Position numbers and translations under genes: made by a program
Virus record (IMG/VR): IMGVR_UViG_3300024999_000053
Coordinates: 1 to 64,000 of that record
Direction: 5' to 3' (one strand)
Source: a virus
Length of the DNA stretch: 64,000 bases
Part shown: in pieces, positions 1 to 9,987 of the stretch
How the letters are laid out: each line of letters starts with the position of its first letter
Numbering within the stretch: position 1 is the stretch's first letter
Notes under the pieces: model-generated
Told to the model about the DNA's origin: nothing
The model's input: the letters and a program-made list of their open reading frames with translations, nothing else
Databases searched by the model: none

Positions 1-1
1 A

Positions 2-124
2 ATGGTTTTAAAAGCAGGAGAAGCAAGGGAAAATGTTGCAGTGCCTTTCGGTAAATTGTACTACAAAGCAGCTGCAGATACATCTGCTTTAAGAATTGAA
101 GGATTGGCAAAAGCAGAATTCTAA
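2..124 (+). CDS. Probable 3' end of a hypothetical phage protein (may begin before the window)
   Basis: Open frame MVLKAGEARENVAVPFGKLYYKAAADTSALRIEGLAKAEF* followed by a hairpin at ~137-169. Confidence 0.5.
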   Translation: MVLKAGEARENVAVPFGKLYYKAAADTSALRIEGLAKAEF

Positions 125-195
125 TTTGTAATTTGAGTAGAGAGTCTATTAATAATATGATTCTCTACTTATTTAATTGTGACAGGTTGTGAAAC

Positions 196-1374
196 ATGAA
201 TATTAGAAAAAATTGGATAAGTAGTGACTCAAATTATTCTTCTAAAGAAGAAATTGTATCAGACGTAAAAGAAAATTTTGATATTCGTAGATATTATAGC
301 GCAGAAGGCAAAAGTGTAATAATTGATAATGTTACAACACAAGTAATAATTCAATCACATTTAAATCCATTAAATGAGGGGAAATATGATAAGAAAATTC
401 ATATGCCAATTGAAGCAGTTGTCAATACTGGATCAATTGTAGAATGGGAAGGTAATAAGTGGATTATAGTAAGCAATATTGATAATTTACAAGCATATAA
501 AACTGCAAGCATGATTAAATCCAACAACACACTCCAATTCTACTCTTCCACCTCAACTCTCCATCAAATCCCCTGCATAATCTCAAAAGGTTCAATTTCC
601 CTAGATGAACAAAAAATAATATCAACATTAGATTCAGAAATTGCAGTACAAATAAGTTATACCGATGTTACTAGACAAATTCCAATGAATTACGTGTTCA
701 AAATTGGATTGAGGAATTATACGGTAGTAAACATTGATGATATTACTGTGAATGGTTTGCTGATTTTGAGAATGGTATATAGCGAGGTTGAACAAGTAAT
801 TCCATCATATTCTCTTACTATATTAAATGGAGATTCAATTCAAGTCAATGAAAATGATCCATTAACTATTAATGCACAAGTAAAAATTGATGGGGTAATT
901 GCTTCTCCTACTCCTAATTTAATTTTCAGCAGTAACGATATTACAAAAGCAACTATAAATGCAACTACAGGAGTTGTAACAATTTTAGATGTTGGAAATG
1001 TTGTATTTAGTTGTAAGATAGAAAATGACTTAACTGTGATTAATACGATTAATGTTGAGATTGTGGAAGTTCCTATTGAGAATAAAACTGTAGAAATCAG
1101 TGGTAGCACATCAATAATCAAGACATACACTAAAGAATATCTATCAGTATTCAAAAACAATGGTTTATCTATAGTTAAAGAATCATCTTTCTGGTTAACA
1201 GGAATTGATAATTTACCAACTACATTAGCAATTATTACATCACAAAATGCAATTAATAATACTTGCATAGTTAAGGGAAATAATTTAGGTAGTGTAAAAT
1301 TATGGTGTAAGAGCGTGGATGAAGAAATTATTAGTCAAAATGGAATGGTAATACAGGTAAAGAGTTTGTTTTAG
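196..1374 (+). CDS. Virion head-closure/neck protein with Ig-like (Big_2) domain
   Basis: 392 aa; N-terminal VNTGSIVEWEGNKWIIVS typical of SPbeta-like head-tail joining proteins; FSSNDITKATINATTGVVT Ig-like motif; upstream of tail genes. Confidence 0.6.
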   Translation: MNIRKNWISSDSNYSSKEEIVSDVKENFDIRRYYSAEGKSVIIDNVTTQVIIQSHLNPLNEGKYDKKIHMPIEAVVNTGSIVEWEGNKWIIVSNIDNLQAYKTASMIKSNNTLQFYSSTSTLHQIPCIISKGSISLDEQKIISTLDSEIAVQISYTDVTRQIPMNYVFKIGLRNYTVVNIDDITVNGLLILRMVYSEVEQVIPSYSLTILNGDSIQVNENDPLTINAQVKIDGVIASPTPNLIFSSNDITKATINATTGVVTILDVGNVVFSCKIENDLTVINTINVEIVEVPIENKTVEISGSTSIIKTYTKEYLSVFKNNGLSIVKESSFWLTGIDNLPTTLAIITSQNAINNTCIVKGNNLGSVKLWCKSVDEEIISQNGMVIQVKSLF

Positions 1375-1418
1375 GAGTGATTAGGTGAATATAAATTGTA
1401 ATTTAAAGAAGGTGAGAA

Positions 1419-1898
1419 ATGAGTAGATTTGCAGAACTTGGTGAAAACAAATTTACAATATTAATGAAATTACTTAGTAAACCTGAAATTGTAAAATGTC
1501 TTGTGAGTAATGAACAGAATTTCTTAGATGTTCAATTACCTGATGATTTTAATATTCCATCTTTGATTTACTCTCAAATATATCCTTACAAATACATACC
1601 CACAGTGCAAACAGAACCAAATACATTTATAACAATGTCTTTTGGTTATAAACCAGAAGGATTAATGTTTAAGAATGGGGCTATATGTTTTTATATTATA
1701 ACTCACAATTCATTGATTCGTACATCGTATGGTTCTTTAAGATACGATATGATTTTAAATTATATAGATGAAGTATTTTCTGAATCAAGAGAATTAGGCA
1801 TAGGTAAGTTACCATTTTATGATATGAATGATTTTCCTGTAAATGAAAATTATTCAGGTGCTTATATTGCATACAAATCTACTGAATTTCAATTTTAA
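1419..1898 (+). CDS. Putative tail terminator/completion protein
   Basis: 159 aa; IYPYKYIP and LRYDMILNYIDEVF motifs; RBS GAAGGTGA; synteny. Confidence 0.55.
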   Translation: MSRFAELGENKFTILMKLLSKPEIVKCLVSNEQNFLDVQLPDDFNIPSLIYSQIYPYKYIPTVQTEPNTFITMSFGYKPEGLMFKNGAICFYIITHNSLIRTSYGSLRYDMILNYIDEVFSESRELGIGKLPFYDMNDFPVNENYSGAYIAYKSTEFQF

Positions 1899-1915
1899 AG
1901 TCAGGTGAAATAAAT

Positions 1916-2620
1916 ATGGATGATATAACATTAGCATCGAAGTTTCTTAGGGGTAAACCAGTTAGTTTAGGTTTGTTCAAACTCTATCCATTAACTTTAG
2001 ATGAAATTTTTGATGATATTGGATTTAATGAATATAATAGATATTTGAGTATTTTATGTATTGATTCTGAAACTATTAAAGAAATGTTGAACATGGGAAC
2101 AGAATCAAACATAGAACCTTTTGAATATTTATTTGCATCTGCTTTTCATCAAGAAGAATCTAAAGAAATAATTTGTGTTGGATTAGGTTTATTTTTTAAA
2201 GAAGAGGTTTTTGTAAAAGAAGGATATTTTCAAATTGGTGAAAATCAAGAAAATATTTTATATCAAAATAATTTTAATTTCTTTATTGATATTTTAAAAC
2301 AACAGAATTGTATTAATGGAGAAAATAGTAAAGTTAAAACAGAAAATGATGCACAGAAGAAATTTATGGAAAAGTTAAGAGAAATGAGAGAAAAATATAA
2401 AAAGCATCAAAAAGAACAGGATATTACAGATATTATGAGTGGGGTTTGTAGTAAGCATCCAAGTATTAATGTTTTTAATGTTGGTAATTTAACTATGTAT
2501 CAACTTATAAATGCTTATAAGGCTTTAAATTCGATTGACTCTTATTTTTTGAACTATGATGCTATGTTGGCTGGAGCGGAAGATATAAAGTTGAAACACT
2601 GGGCAGAAAAGTTAGAATAA
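1916..2620 (+). CDS. Conserved virion morphogenesis protein (tail chaperone-like)
   Basis: 234 aa; C-terminal NLTMYQL...AMLAGA..KLKHW seen in large Bacillota siphophages; between terminator and tube gene. Confidence 0.5.
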   Translation: MDDITLASKFLRGKPVSLGLFKLYPLTLDEIFDDIGFNEYNRYLSILCIDSETIKEMLNMGTESNIEPFEYLFASAFHQEESKEIICVGLGLFFKEEVFVKEGYFQIGENQENILYQNNFNFFIDILKQQNCINGENSKVKTENDAQKKFMEKLREMREKYKKHQKEQDITDIMSGVCSKHPSINVFNVGNLTMYQLINAYKALNSIDSYFLNYDAMLAGAEDIKLKHWAEKLE

Positions 2621-2710
2621 TAATCTTGGAGAAATTGCACGTTTAGGCGTGTGTTTTTTATATATCTCTATAAGTAAAAAATAAATAAAATTAAGAAAGA
2701 AGGAATAAAA

Positions 2711-3493
2711 ATGAGTTTACAATTTGGGATCAAGGAAGTTTTAAATTACACAGCTTTTGATTTTACAACTGGAGCACAAAAGTTCTATGTTGACTATGCT
2801 TCCGATACTAGTATTACGTCAAAAGCAGATCGTTTAGATTTGCGTGGGGGACAAGGAAATTATAAATTGCTAAGTTTTGACCATACGAAAGATATGAGTA
2901 TGACTACGAAAATGCCATTGGTGGATCTAAATGTTATTGGAATGTTGACTAATAAGGCTGTATCTATCGGAGCTGTAAATATTCCTATTAGAGATACATT
3001 AACTTCTGCTTCACAAATTATTACATTAACTCAAACTCCTGTTGCTGGTACGTTAAAAATTTATTTACTAAACGGGCGTGATGTTGGAGTTGAGCAAACT
3101 TTAGGATTACCTGCAACAACGGTAAATACCTATTCTATTTCTACAAAAACTGTAACTCTAAATGTTACCACTGCTCCAGACAGTACTGTTTTTGTTGCCA
3201 CCTATTCTTATTCAGCCCCTGCTACTACTAGTACAACTACATTCACTGCTGATAAATTTGCTGGATACGTTCGTATAGTTGGAACTGGATTAGTAAATGA
3301 TCAAGTTACTGGTGCTCTTGTCCCAGTTGTATTTGATGTTAAAAAAGCAAAAGCGAAAAATGACTTTACAATCACTATGAATAGCACTAGTGCTACAGAA
3401 CTTTCAGTTGATTATGACCTATATGCTGTAGACGTGGCAAATGGAAGTGGTGGAATTGACAAGGTTTATGTAACAATGCACGCATTGCAGTAA
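2711..3493 (+). CDS. Major tail tube protein
   Basis: 260 aa, Thr/Ala/Val-rich; FGIKEV and LRGGQGNYKLLSFD motifs; strong RBS; synteny. Confidence 0.7.
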   Translation: MSLQFGIKEVLNYTAFDFTTGAQKFYVDYASDTSITSKADRLDLRGGQGNYKLLSFDHTKDMSMTTKMPLVDLNVIGMLTNKAVSIGAVNIPIRDTLTSASQIITLTQTPVAGTLKIYLLNGRDVGVEQTLGLPATTVNTYSISTKTVTLNVTTAPDSTVFVATYSYSAPATTSTTTFTADKFAGYVRIVGTGLVNDQVTGALVPVVFDVKKAKAKNDFTITMNSTSATELSVDYDLYAVDVANGSGGIDKVYVTMHALQ

Positions 3494-3501
3494 TAGGAGG
3501 G

Positions 3502-3738
3502 ATGGTTGATGATATGAATCCAATACAACTAAAGTATTCATCTTCAGCATGGCCCTTTGATGGTATAGAAATGAACAAAGTATATCAGCTTGGGAAAGAT
3601 GAAAATGGGAATTATATATCTGGTCATGGTATAAAACAATATTATGCTTATGAATTAATTCAGATGATGTTTTCTCCCATTGGAGAAAAACAAACATGGG
3701 AGGAAATTGATAATCCAGTTGTAAAGAAATATAAATAA
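3502..3738 (+). CDS. Hypothetical protein
   Basis: 78 aa ORF with RBS AGGAGG directly after the tube gene. Confidence 0.6.
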   Translation: MVDDMNPIQLKYSSSAWPFDGIEMNKVYQLGKDENGNYISGHGIKQYYAYELIQMMFSPIGEKQTWEEIDNPVVKKYK

Positions 3739-3783
3739 AAAATTTGGTTTCTTATAAATTTGCGCGAGTTTATAAGAGTAATT

Positions 3784-3836
3784 AATAGAGATTATAACTC
3801 TGATTTATAGTCTCTATTCCCATTCCCTTATCAGAG
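3784..3836 (+). promoter_or_regulatory. Hairpin whose loop (CTCTGAT) is complementary to ATCAGAG overlapping the RBS of 3852
   Basis: 14-bp stem 3784-3797/3805-3818; loop 3798-3804; complement 3830-3836. Confidence 0.55.
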
Positions 3837-3851
3837 GAGGAGAGATGACAA

Positions 3852-5483
3852 ATGTTAATAACAAAAGAAGTAACTATAGAAATAACAAACAGAAACAAAT
3901 CTTATTATAATAAATTAGGCCATAATTGTTTATCTGGAGATATTATACATATAAAAACAGAAGATTTACATAAAGGTTCTAATTTGATAGTAGAGAGTTT
4001 GTGTGATTATTGTTTAAAAGAAGGAATAGAAACAATACTTCCAAAACCATATCGTAGGTATAATAAAGAACGTGAAAAATTTCCATCAGATACTTGTTAC
4101 AAACATAGGTACGAAAAAGAGAATGATAAATTAAAGTATAATAATGATAATGGATTATTAACTATCAATGATAGAAGATATTTTACATTTAAAGAAAATA
4201 GGCTGAAAGAATTAAAAAATCATATAGATGAATTTGGCACAATAACAAATATTGAAAACATTAATCGTCTCTTATATGGTGAAATATTACGCAATAAAGA
4301 AACTCCTACATCATTAGTGGAAGAGATGGGATACGATGTTATAAAAATATGTGGAAAATTACCTCCTCATTATTTTGATGATTGGGAAAAATTAGAATTT
4401 TATCTTAGAAAATTAATTAAACAAATTGACAGATTCCCAACACAAGCAGAGATACTTAAAGAATTAAATATAGGACAACAGCATATTGGTCGTCACGGTG
4501 GAATGCAAGGTATAAAAAGAAAATTGAATTATATTGATGAAAGTGATTTAATTGATGATTCTGGATACTATAATTCTTCTTCCTATGAGTATATTTTTAG
4601 TCAGTGGATTTTAAATAATTCTCCTGTCAAAGTAGAAAGAAATGTGTTGATATCGGACAATACAGAAGAAGATGGTAATTATAATTGTGACTTTGTTTTG
4701 ACATTACCTAACGCTACAAAACTATGGATAGAAATTTGGGGAGGGTATAGAAGTAATACCAAAGATCAGTTTCATAATTATAATGATACACATGACACTA
4801 AAATGAAATTATATAATAAATATCAACATAATTTAATATCAATATATCCTGAATTCTTTGATAATAGGAAATACGAAGATATACAAACTGCATTATATGA
4901 ATTATTTAGTGATAAGATAGAATGTATACATAAATGTATTGATGTTGAGAAAATAATTCCATACGCTATAATTGATGAACAGGAATTAATAAATAAATTA
5001 TTGTCATATTCATCTATAAAAGGATATTTACCAAGAAGTAAAATTATGAGGCATAATAACGATAGATTAATGAAAGAAATAACAAAAAGATATGGAACAT
5101 ATGGTAAATTTTCCGATAAGGTAGGAATACCTATGGAATTTAAAACTAATAAATTTTGGAATGAAGAAAAAATATTAGAATACTTTGATTTACTTCATGA
5201 CAAATATAGTAAATTATTAAATAGACCTGAAATTCAAAAATTAAAAGACGATTGTAATTTATGTAAAGATTTAAATGGAATTGTTACTATTCTTCATAGA
5301 TATGGAGGAGGATTTATAAATTTACAACTTACATATTTATCAAAAAATATTACAAAAATAAACTCAAATGATATTAATTATCTTGATAAAGTCATAAACA
5401 AAAAATCACAGGGTATCAAGCCAGAACATCAACTCCTAGCAAAACAAATCCTAGAAAAATACAACAACCAACAATCAGCATAA
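3852..5483 (+). CDS. Free-standing putative homing endonuclease, PD-(D/E)xK-like
   Basis: CDYC zinc knuckle; SSYEY...CDFVL...IEIWGG nuclease-like core; paralog of 51520-53223. Confidence 0.6.
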   Translation: MLITKEVTIEITNRNKSYYNKLGHNCLSGDIIHIKTEDLHKGSNLIVESLCDYCLKEGIETILPKPYRRYNKEREKFPSDTCYKHRYEKENDKLKYNNDNGLLTINDRRYFTFKENRLKELKNHIDEFGTITNIENINRLLYGEILRNKETPTSLVEEMGYDVIKICGKLPPHYFDDWEKLEFYLRKLIKQIDRFPTQAEILKELNIGQQHIGRHGGMQGIKRKLNYIDESDLIDDSGYYNSSSYEYIFSQWILNNSPVKVERNVLISDNTEEDGNYNCDFVLTLPNATKLWIEIWGGYRSNTKDQFHNYNDTHDTKMKLYNKYQHNLISIYPEFFDNRKYEDIQTALYELFSDKIECIHKCIDVEKIIPYAIIDEQELINKLLSYSSIKGYLPRSKIMRHNNDRLMKEITKRYGTYGKFSDKVGIPMEFKTNKFWNEEKILEYFDLLHDKYSKLLNRPEIQKLKDDCNLCKDLNGIVTILHRYGGGFINLQLTYLSKNITKINSNDINYLDKVINKKSQGIKPEHQLLAKQILEKYNNQQSA

Positions 5484-5630
5484 AAACAATTATAAACAAT
5501 TGCAAAGTCTATAATTGTTTTTATTAACATCAAAATAAGGAGAGAAGCAGAAGAAATAAAAACTTCTCTTTTCTCCTTATTTTTTTACTATTTTCATCCA
5601 TCAACCAGTCTCTCCCACCCTCATCTCCAA

Positions 5631-5689
5631 TAAATCACTGATTTTATGTTATTTATTGAACTCTGAAAGTGGCTTATAGCAAGGGTTTT
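5631..5689. repeat. Repeat copy A (CTGAAAGTGGC-N4-AGCAAGG), candidate recombinase site
   Basis: CTGAAAGTGGCTTATAGCAAGGGTTTT at 5663 matches CTGAAAGTGGCCTGTAGCAAGGATTTT at 9961. Confidence 0.5.
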
Positions 5690-5793
5690 GGAAATAGAGG
5701 GTTATGATAATTTAATATTTTGTGATTGATTGAAGGAGCATAACTTTATTAATTATGCTCTTTTTATGTATTACAAAGTTGTGATGCAAATTT

Positions 5794-5994
5794 ATGGTGA
5801 AAGGAAGTGATAAAGTGACAGAAAAAGAAAGATTTGTATACATTTATAATCCAGAACAAGCTTCATTCTATATGTCCCAAGGAATTATAGCAAAAGCGAC
5901 AGGCATACATCCGACCACTAAAAGAATATGGTATAAATTTAGTTTTCAGGAAAGCTCAGATGTCTATGACAAATGGTGCAAAAAAATTAGATAA
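5794..5994 (+). CDS. Small DUF5659-like protein (likely start GTG 5815)
   Basis: YIYNPEQASFYMSQG...IWYKF pattern resembles 11553, 47282, 54021. Confidence 0.55.
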   Translation: MVKGSDKVTEKERFVYIYNPEQASFYMSQGIIAKATGIHPTTKRIWYKFSFQESSDVYDKWCKKIR

Positions 5995-6049
5995 TTTTAT
6001 GCGTGAATCATAGTAATAAATAAATTAAATGTGAAAGAAGGAATTAATA

Positions 6050-6919
6050 ATGGAAAATAAAAGCATTAGCAAATTAGTAATCAAAGGAACTGTAAAAGTA
6101 TGTGGGATTGACGTTCAGAATGTATATGGTGGATTTAGTAAAGATCAGAAAGTTATGTTGGTAAAAACTGTTGCCGAACTACATAAAAGACCATTAGGAA
6201 AAATAAATGAATTGATTAATAACCACATAGAAGATAAATACTTTAAAGAAGGTATTGATTTTATTGACTTAAAAAACTCAATCCTTTCAAAGGACTCACT
6301 TTTAGAATTAGGTTTTACTAAACAATCAATAGGAAATTCCCGTAATATATATCTTTTATCCCAACAAGGTTATACTCTTTTACTTAAATTACTTGATACC
6401 AAACTAGCAATGAAACAATATAAGATAGTAATTAGAGATTATTTTAAGTTGAAAGAATCAAAAGGATCTATTCTATATCTTACTCAAGCAGAATTAGATC
6501 AATTAGTGGTTAGAAAAGATGGAACTATTAGAAGAAATAGAGAAGTTCATTCTATATCTACATTTATCCAAAATGGAGAATTACCAAATAATAGAATATC
6601 CTACGCTAAAATTACTAATCTTACATATGATATTTTATTTGGTATGTATGCTAAAGAAATAAAAAAGTATTTAGATTTAAGACAACAAGATAATCTTAGA
6701 GACTTTCTTTCTACTCAAGATTTATCAATAATTAGAGAAATTGAAGATGAAATACATTGGATGTGCAAGAAGGGATATACTTGGAGAGAAATTTATAGAG
6801 ATTTAGTAAAAGAATATCCTAATCAGGTTGAACCAGTTAGAGCAGAGAAATCTATTAAAGAATTAAAAAGGTATAAGATGATTGCTGTTGAAGAAAGCGT
6901 AATTAAGAGATTGAGATAA
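6050..6919 (+). CDS. ORF6N-domain antirepressor-like DNA-binding protein
   Basis: GGFSKDQKVMLVKTVAELH...INELIN...IDFIDLK...IYLLSQQGY. Confidence 0.7.
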   Translation: MENKSISKLVIKGTVKVCGIDVQNVYGGFSKDQKVMLVKTVAELHKRPLGKINELINNHIEDKYFKEGIDFIDLKNSILSKDSLLELGFTKQSIGNSRNIYLLSQQGYTLLLKLLDTKLAMKQYKIVIRDYFKLKESKGSILYLTQAELDQLVVRKDGTIRRNREVHSISTFIQNGELPNNRISYAKITNLTYDILFGMYAKEIKKYLDLRQQDNLRDFLSTQDLSIIREIEDEIHWMCKKGYTWREIYRDLVKEYPNQVEPVRAEKSIKELKRYKMIAVEESVIKRLR

Positions 6920-7025
6920 TTTATTAGTTTGTTGTGATGAATTTATAAATAATTAAAATAAAAATAATTACAAAGGTGCGACTTTAAATGTCGTGCCTTT
7001 GTTTTGATATTGGAGATGAAAGAAA

Positions 7026-7223
7026 ATTAAAAATCAAGTATTAATTACATTAGATAAAAAAACATTGGATGAATATAATAAATACTACTTTACAAAATAT
7101 CCAAAAAGACGTACTCCTCCTATTATTAAACCAATACCTCCGTCTTTAAACGCATATATTGCAATGATTCGTATGGCACAAAGTAATTTAAAGAAAAAAT
7201 ATAAATTAAAGGATGGTGTTTAA
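7026..7223 (+). pseudogene. N-terminal fragment of a RusA-like resolvase gene
   Basis: Reads LDKKTLDEYNKYYFTKYPKRRTPPIIKPIPPSLNAYIAMIRMAQSNLKKKYK; PSLN motif; ends where the intact RusA gene begins. Confidence 0.55.
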
Positions 7224-7806
7224 AATTAAAAATGTATTAAAATTAATATCCCCTATTCCAGTCTCAGTGAACCATTATCTAAAACCAAGACCATTTATTG
7301 CTCATGGTAAACCAATGGTTACAATGTATGAAACAGCAGAAGCAAAAAAATATAAGAAAGAATTCACTAAATACATAAAGGAACAAGTTAAAATTCAACA
7401 ATGGAATATAATTCCCAATAAAACACAACATTTTTATGTAGATTGTGTTTTTTATTTTGACAGAATTGATAAAGATGCAAATAATTACTTTAAATTGCTT
7501 TTAGATTCAATTACAGAAACACAATTAATATGGTTAGATGACAACACCTCGTTGGAAAGAGTTAATGGTATATTCTATGATTCAAAAAATTCACACATAG
7601 ACATCACCATTTATCCTGTTGATTATATAGGAATATTTCCTACAATCACACATTTAGAAGAGTTTGAATCTAAATGCATCCAGTGTAAACGATATAAAAA
7701 TAATTGCAGTATTATAAATAAGGCAGTCGAAGGAAGAATCCAAGGAGATATTGTTGATTTAGTTTGCAGTAAATTTAAAAACGTTGCCAGAGGTGATGTA
7801 AAATGA
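7213..7806 (+). CDS. rusA: RusA-family Holliday junction resolvase
   Basis: PVSVNHY...DKDANNYFKLLLDSI...WLDD catalytic pattern; C-terminal Cys cluster. Confidence 0.75.
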   Translation: MVFKIKNVLKLISPIPVSVNHYLKPRPFIAHGKPMVTMYETAEAKKYKKEFTKYIKEQVKIQQWNIIPNKTQHFYVDCVFYFDRIDKDANNYFKLLLDSITETQLIWLDDNTSLERVNGIFYDSKNSHIDITIYPVDYIGIFPTITHLEEFESKCIQCKRYKNNCSIINKAVEGRIQGDIVDLVCSKFKNVARGDVK

Positions 7807-8747
7807 TATGGACAAAAGAAGAAGAAATATTTTTAGTAGAAAATGTTAGTAAATTATCTGTTTTAGAATTAGCAACAGCATTAAATAAAACAGAGGCAAC
7901 AATTAGAGGTAAAAAATCAAGATTGGGTATTAAAAGTGGAAAAAGGAACTTGATTTCTAAGGATGAAGAGGTTTGTATAGTTGATTGGTACAGCACACAT
8001 CCTAATGCATTAGATTTGGATCAATTGTCCGACATTATGAATAGGACAGAAACTGAAATTTGTCGTGTAGCTCGTAGATTAAATTTAACAAATGTAAATA
8101 GAATAACCATAACTGAGGATGTAATCATTGCAAGAAAAGAAATAAAACGACAAAATCACATTCGCAGTATTAATCAATTCATTGAATTAGTAAGAACAAA
8201 TCATCCGAAAGGAATGCTTGGAAAAAACCACACTGATAAAACAAAGCAAATATTATCTACAAAGCATAAGATAGTATGGAAAAACAAAACAGACGAAGAA
8301 AGAGCTGTGGTATATAGTAATTTTAGCAGAGGTAGAGAGAAATTAAAAGGGATGCCCAGATCAAAATACTCTAAGACTGGTGGAATTAGAGAAGACTTAA
8401 ATAAATATTTTAGAAGCAAATGGGAAGCTAACATTGCACGTACATTTAATTATTCAAATATAGTTTGGGAATTTGAACCTAAAAGATTTTATTTCAGTGA
8501 TATTAGTGATGGAATAGAAAGTTATTTGCCAGACTTTTATCTTCCTGAATTAGATATTTGGATAGAGGTTAAGGGTTGGATGAAGGATTTAGATAAATTA
8601 AGAATAAATAAATTTAAAGAATTTTATCCAGTAGAATATGAAAAGATGGTATTAATTGATGAAAAATTATACATACAAATTGGTAAGAAATTAAGCCATT
8701 TAATACCAAAATGGGAATTTAAAAATAATAAAGCAAAGGTAAGTTAA
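7803..8747 (+). CDS. Free-standing putative homing endonuclease (HTH repeats, NUMOD3, PD-(D/E)xK)
   Basis: WTKEEE repeat; MLGKNHTDKTKQILS NUMOD3; RSKWEAN...YLPDFYLPELDIWIEVKGW. Confidence 0.7.
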   Translation: MIWTKEEEIFLVENVSKLSVLELATALNKTEATIRGKKSRLGIKSGKRNLISKDEEVCIVDWYSTHPNALDLDQLSDIMNRTETEICRVARRLNLTNVNRITITEDVIIARKEIKRQNHIRSINQFIELVRTNHPKGMLGKNHTDKTKQILSTKHKIVWKNKTDEERAVVYSNFSRGREKLKGMPRSKYSKTGGIREDLNKYFRSKWEANIARTFNYSNIVWEFEPKRFYFSDISDGIESYLPDFYLPELDIWIEVKGWMKDLDKLRINKFKEFYPVEYEKMVLIDEKLYIQIGKKLSHLIPKWEFKNNKAKVS

Positions 8748-8864
8748 GCATTTGTAGATGCAGGAGTTTTTAAAGATGATTGTGGAGAGTTTTTGAAGTT
8801 ATATTTTAATGAATTTAAATATGACAAGTTAAATCCAAGAGTAGAAATGTTGTTGGAGTGGTAA
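8748..8864 (+). pseudogene. C-terminal fragment of a RusA-like resolvase gene
   Basis: Start-less frame AFVDAGVFKDDCGEFLKLYFNEFKYDKLNPRVEMLLEW* begins at the base after the endonuclease stop codon. Confidence 0.6.
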
Positions 8865-8897
8865 TAGACAATAAGATAAAAGGAAGTGAATTAATAC

Positions 8898-9914
8898 ATG
8901 GCAGAAGTAGCAGATAAACTACCACCAGTTACAGACGAACAATGGCAAAAGTTAAATAAATTCAATCGTAAAATTACAGAGGAATTTTTAGAAGAGTCAA
9001 CTTCACTTAGTCCAAAAACTATTCGCCAATACAAATCTGCGTTGCAAATATTTTTCTTTTGGGTTTATGAAAATTGTGATGATAAATCTCTATTAGAAAT
9101 CAAGAGTAGAGATTTTCTTAAATATCAAAATTTTCTTGTAAGAAGGGGAATGTCATCTTCGGGAGTTAGATTAAAACGGGCAGCAATTAGTTCTTTAAAT
9201 GGATATATAATTACATATTACGAGGAAGAATATTCTACATTCAAAAACTTTATCACTAAAAAAATTTCTGCACCTCCAATGAATGATTTACATATAAAAC
9301 AACCAATGAATGCAGAAGAATGGGAATTATTATTAAAGAATCTTAAAGAACGTGAACAATGGCAAAAATTAGCATATTTGCAGTTTACTTATTCGACAGG
9401 CTGTAGAAGAGCGGAGTCGAGACAGTTACTTAAAGAAGTAGTTGATTATCCTCCTATCATTAAGGAAAAGATTATTAAAAATGAAGATGGAACAGAAGAG
9501 ACAAAAACAGTTACATTTTATACTACATCTGATATTCGCTGTAAAGGAAAAGGGGTTATTGGAAAAATAAGGAAACTACAATTTTCTAAAGAAGCTCTAG
9601 ATGCAATTAATAAATGGTTAACTTTTAGAGGAGAAGATGATTGTCCATATGTCTTCGCAATAAAAAGGGACGGTAGATATCAGCAAGCAGGAGAAGGACT
9701 ATTTAATGACTGGTGCAAGGATGATTTTAGTAAAGTTATTAATAGAAGAGTCCATCCTCACCAACTTCGTGAGCAAAGGGCGACGAACCTTGTAATTCAT
9801 GAAGGGAAAAATATAAAATCTGTACAGGCGTTATTAGGCCATGTCAGTTCGGCAACTAGTGAGATTTATGTGATTAGGGATAATTCAGATGATGTTGAAG
9901 ATGCATTTAGTTAA
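8898..9914 (+). CDS. Tyrosine recombinase (positionally like SPbeta YomM in the tail region)
   Basis: Catalytic set TGCR, KGK, HPHQLR, LLGH, SEIY. Confidence 0.9.
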   Translation: MAEVADKLPPVTDEQWQKLNKFNRKITEEFLEESTSLSPKTIRQYKSALQIFFFWVYENCDDKSLLEIKSRDFLKYQNFLVRRGMSSSGVRLKRAAISSLNGYIITYYEEEYSTFKNFITKKISAPPMNDLHIKQPMNAEEWELLLKNLKEREQWQKLAYLQFTYSTGCRRAESRQLLKEVVDYPPIIKEKIIKNEDGTEETKTVTFYTTSDIRCKGKGVIGKIRKLQFSKEALDAINKWLTFRGEDDCPYVFAIKRDGRYQQAGEGLFNDWCKDDFSKVINRRVHPHQLREQRATNLVIHEGKNIKSVQALLGHVSSATSEIYVIRDNSDDVEDAFS

Positions 9915-9929
9915 ATAAGTGCATCCTTC

Positions 9930-9987
9930 GAAAGGACATTTTCATAGGATATTTAACATCCTGAAAGTGGCCTGTAGCAAGGATTTT
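9930..9987. repeat. Repeat copy B, just downstream of the recombinase gene
   Basis: Matches 5631-5689. Confidence 0.5.
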
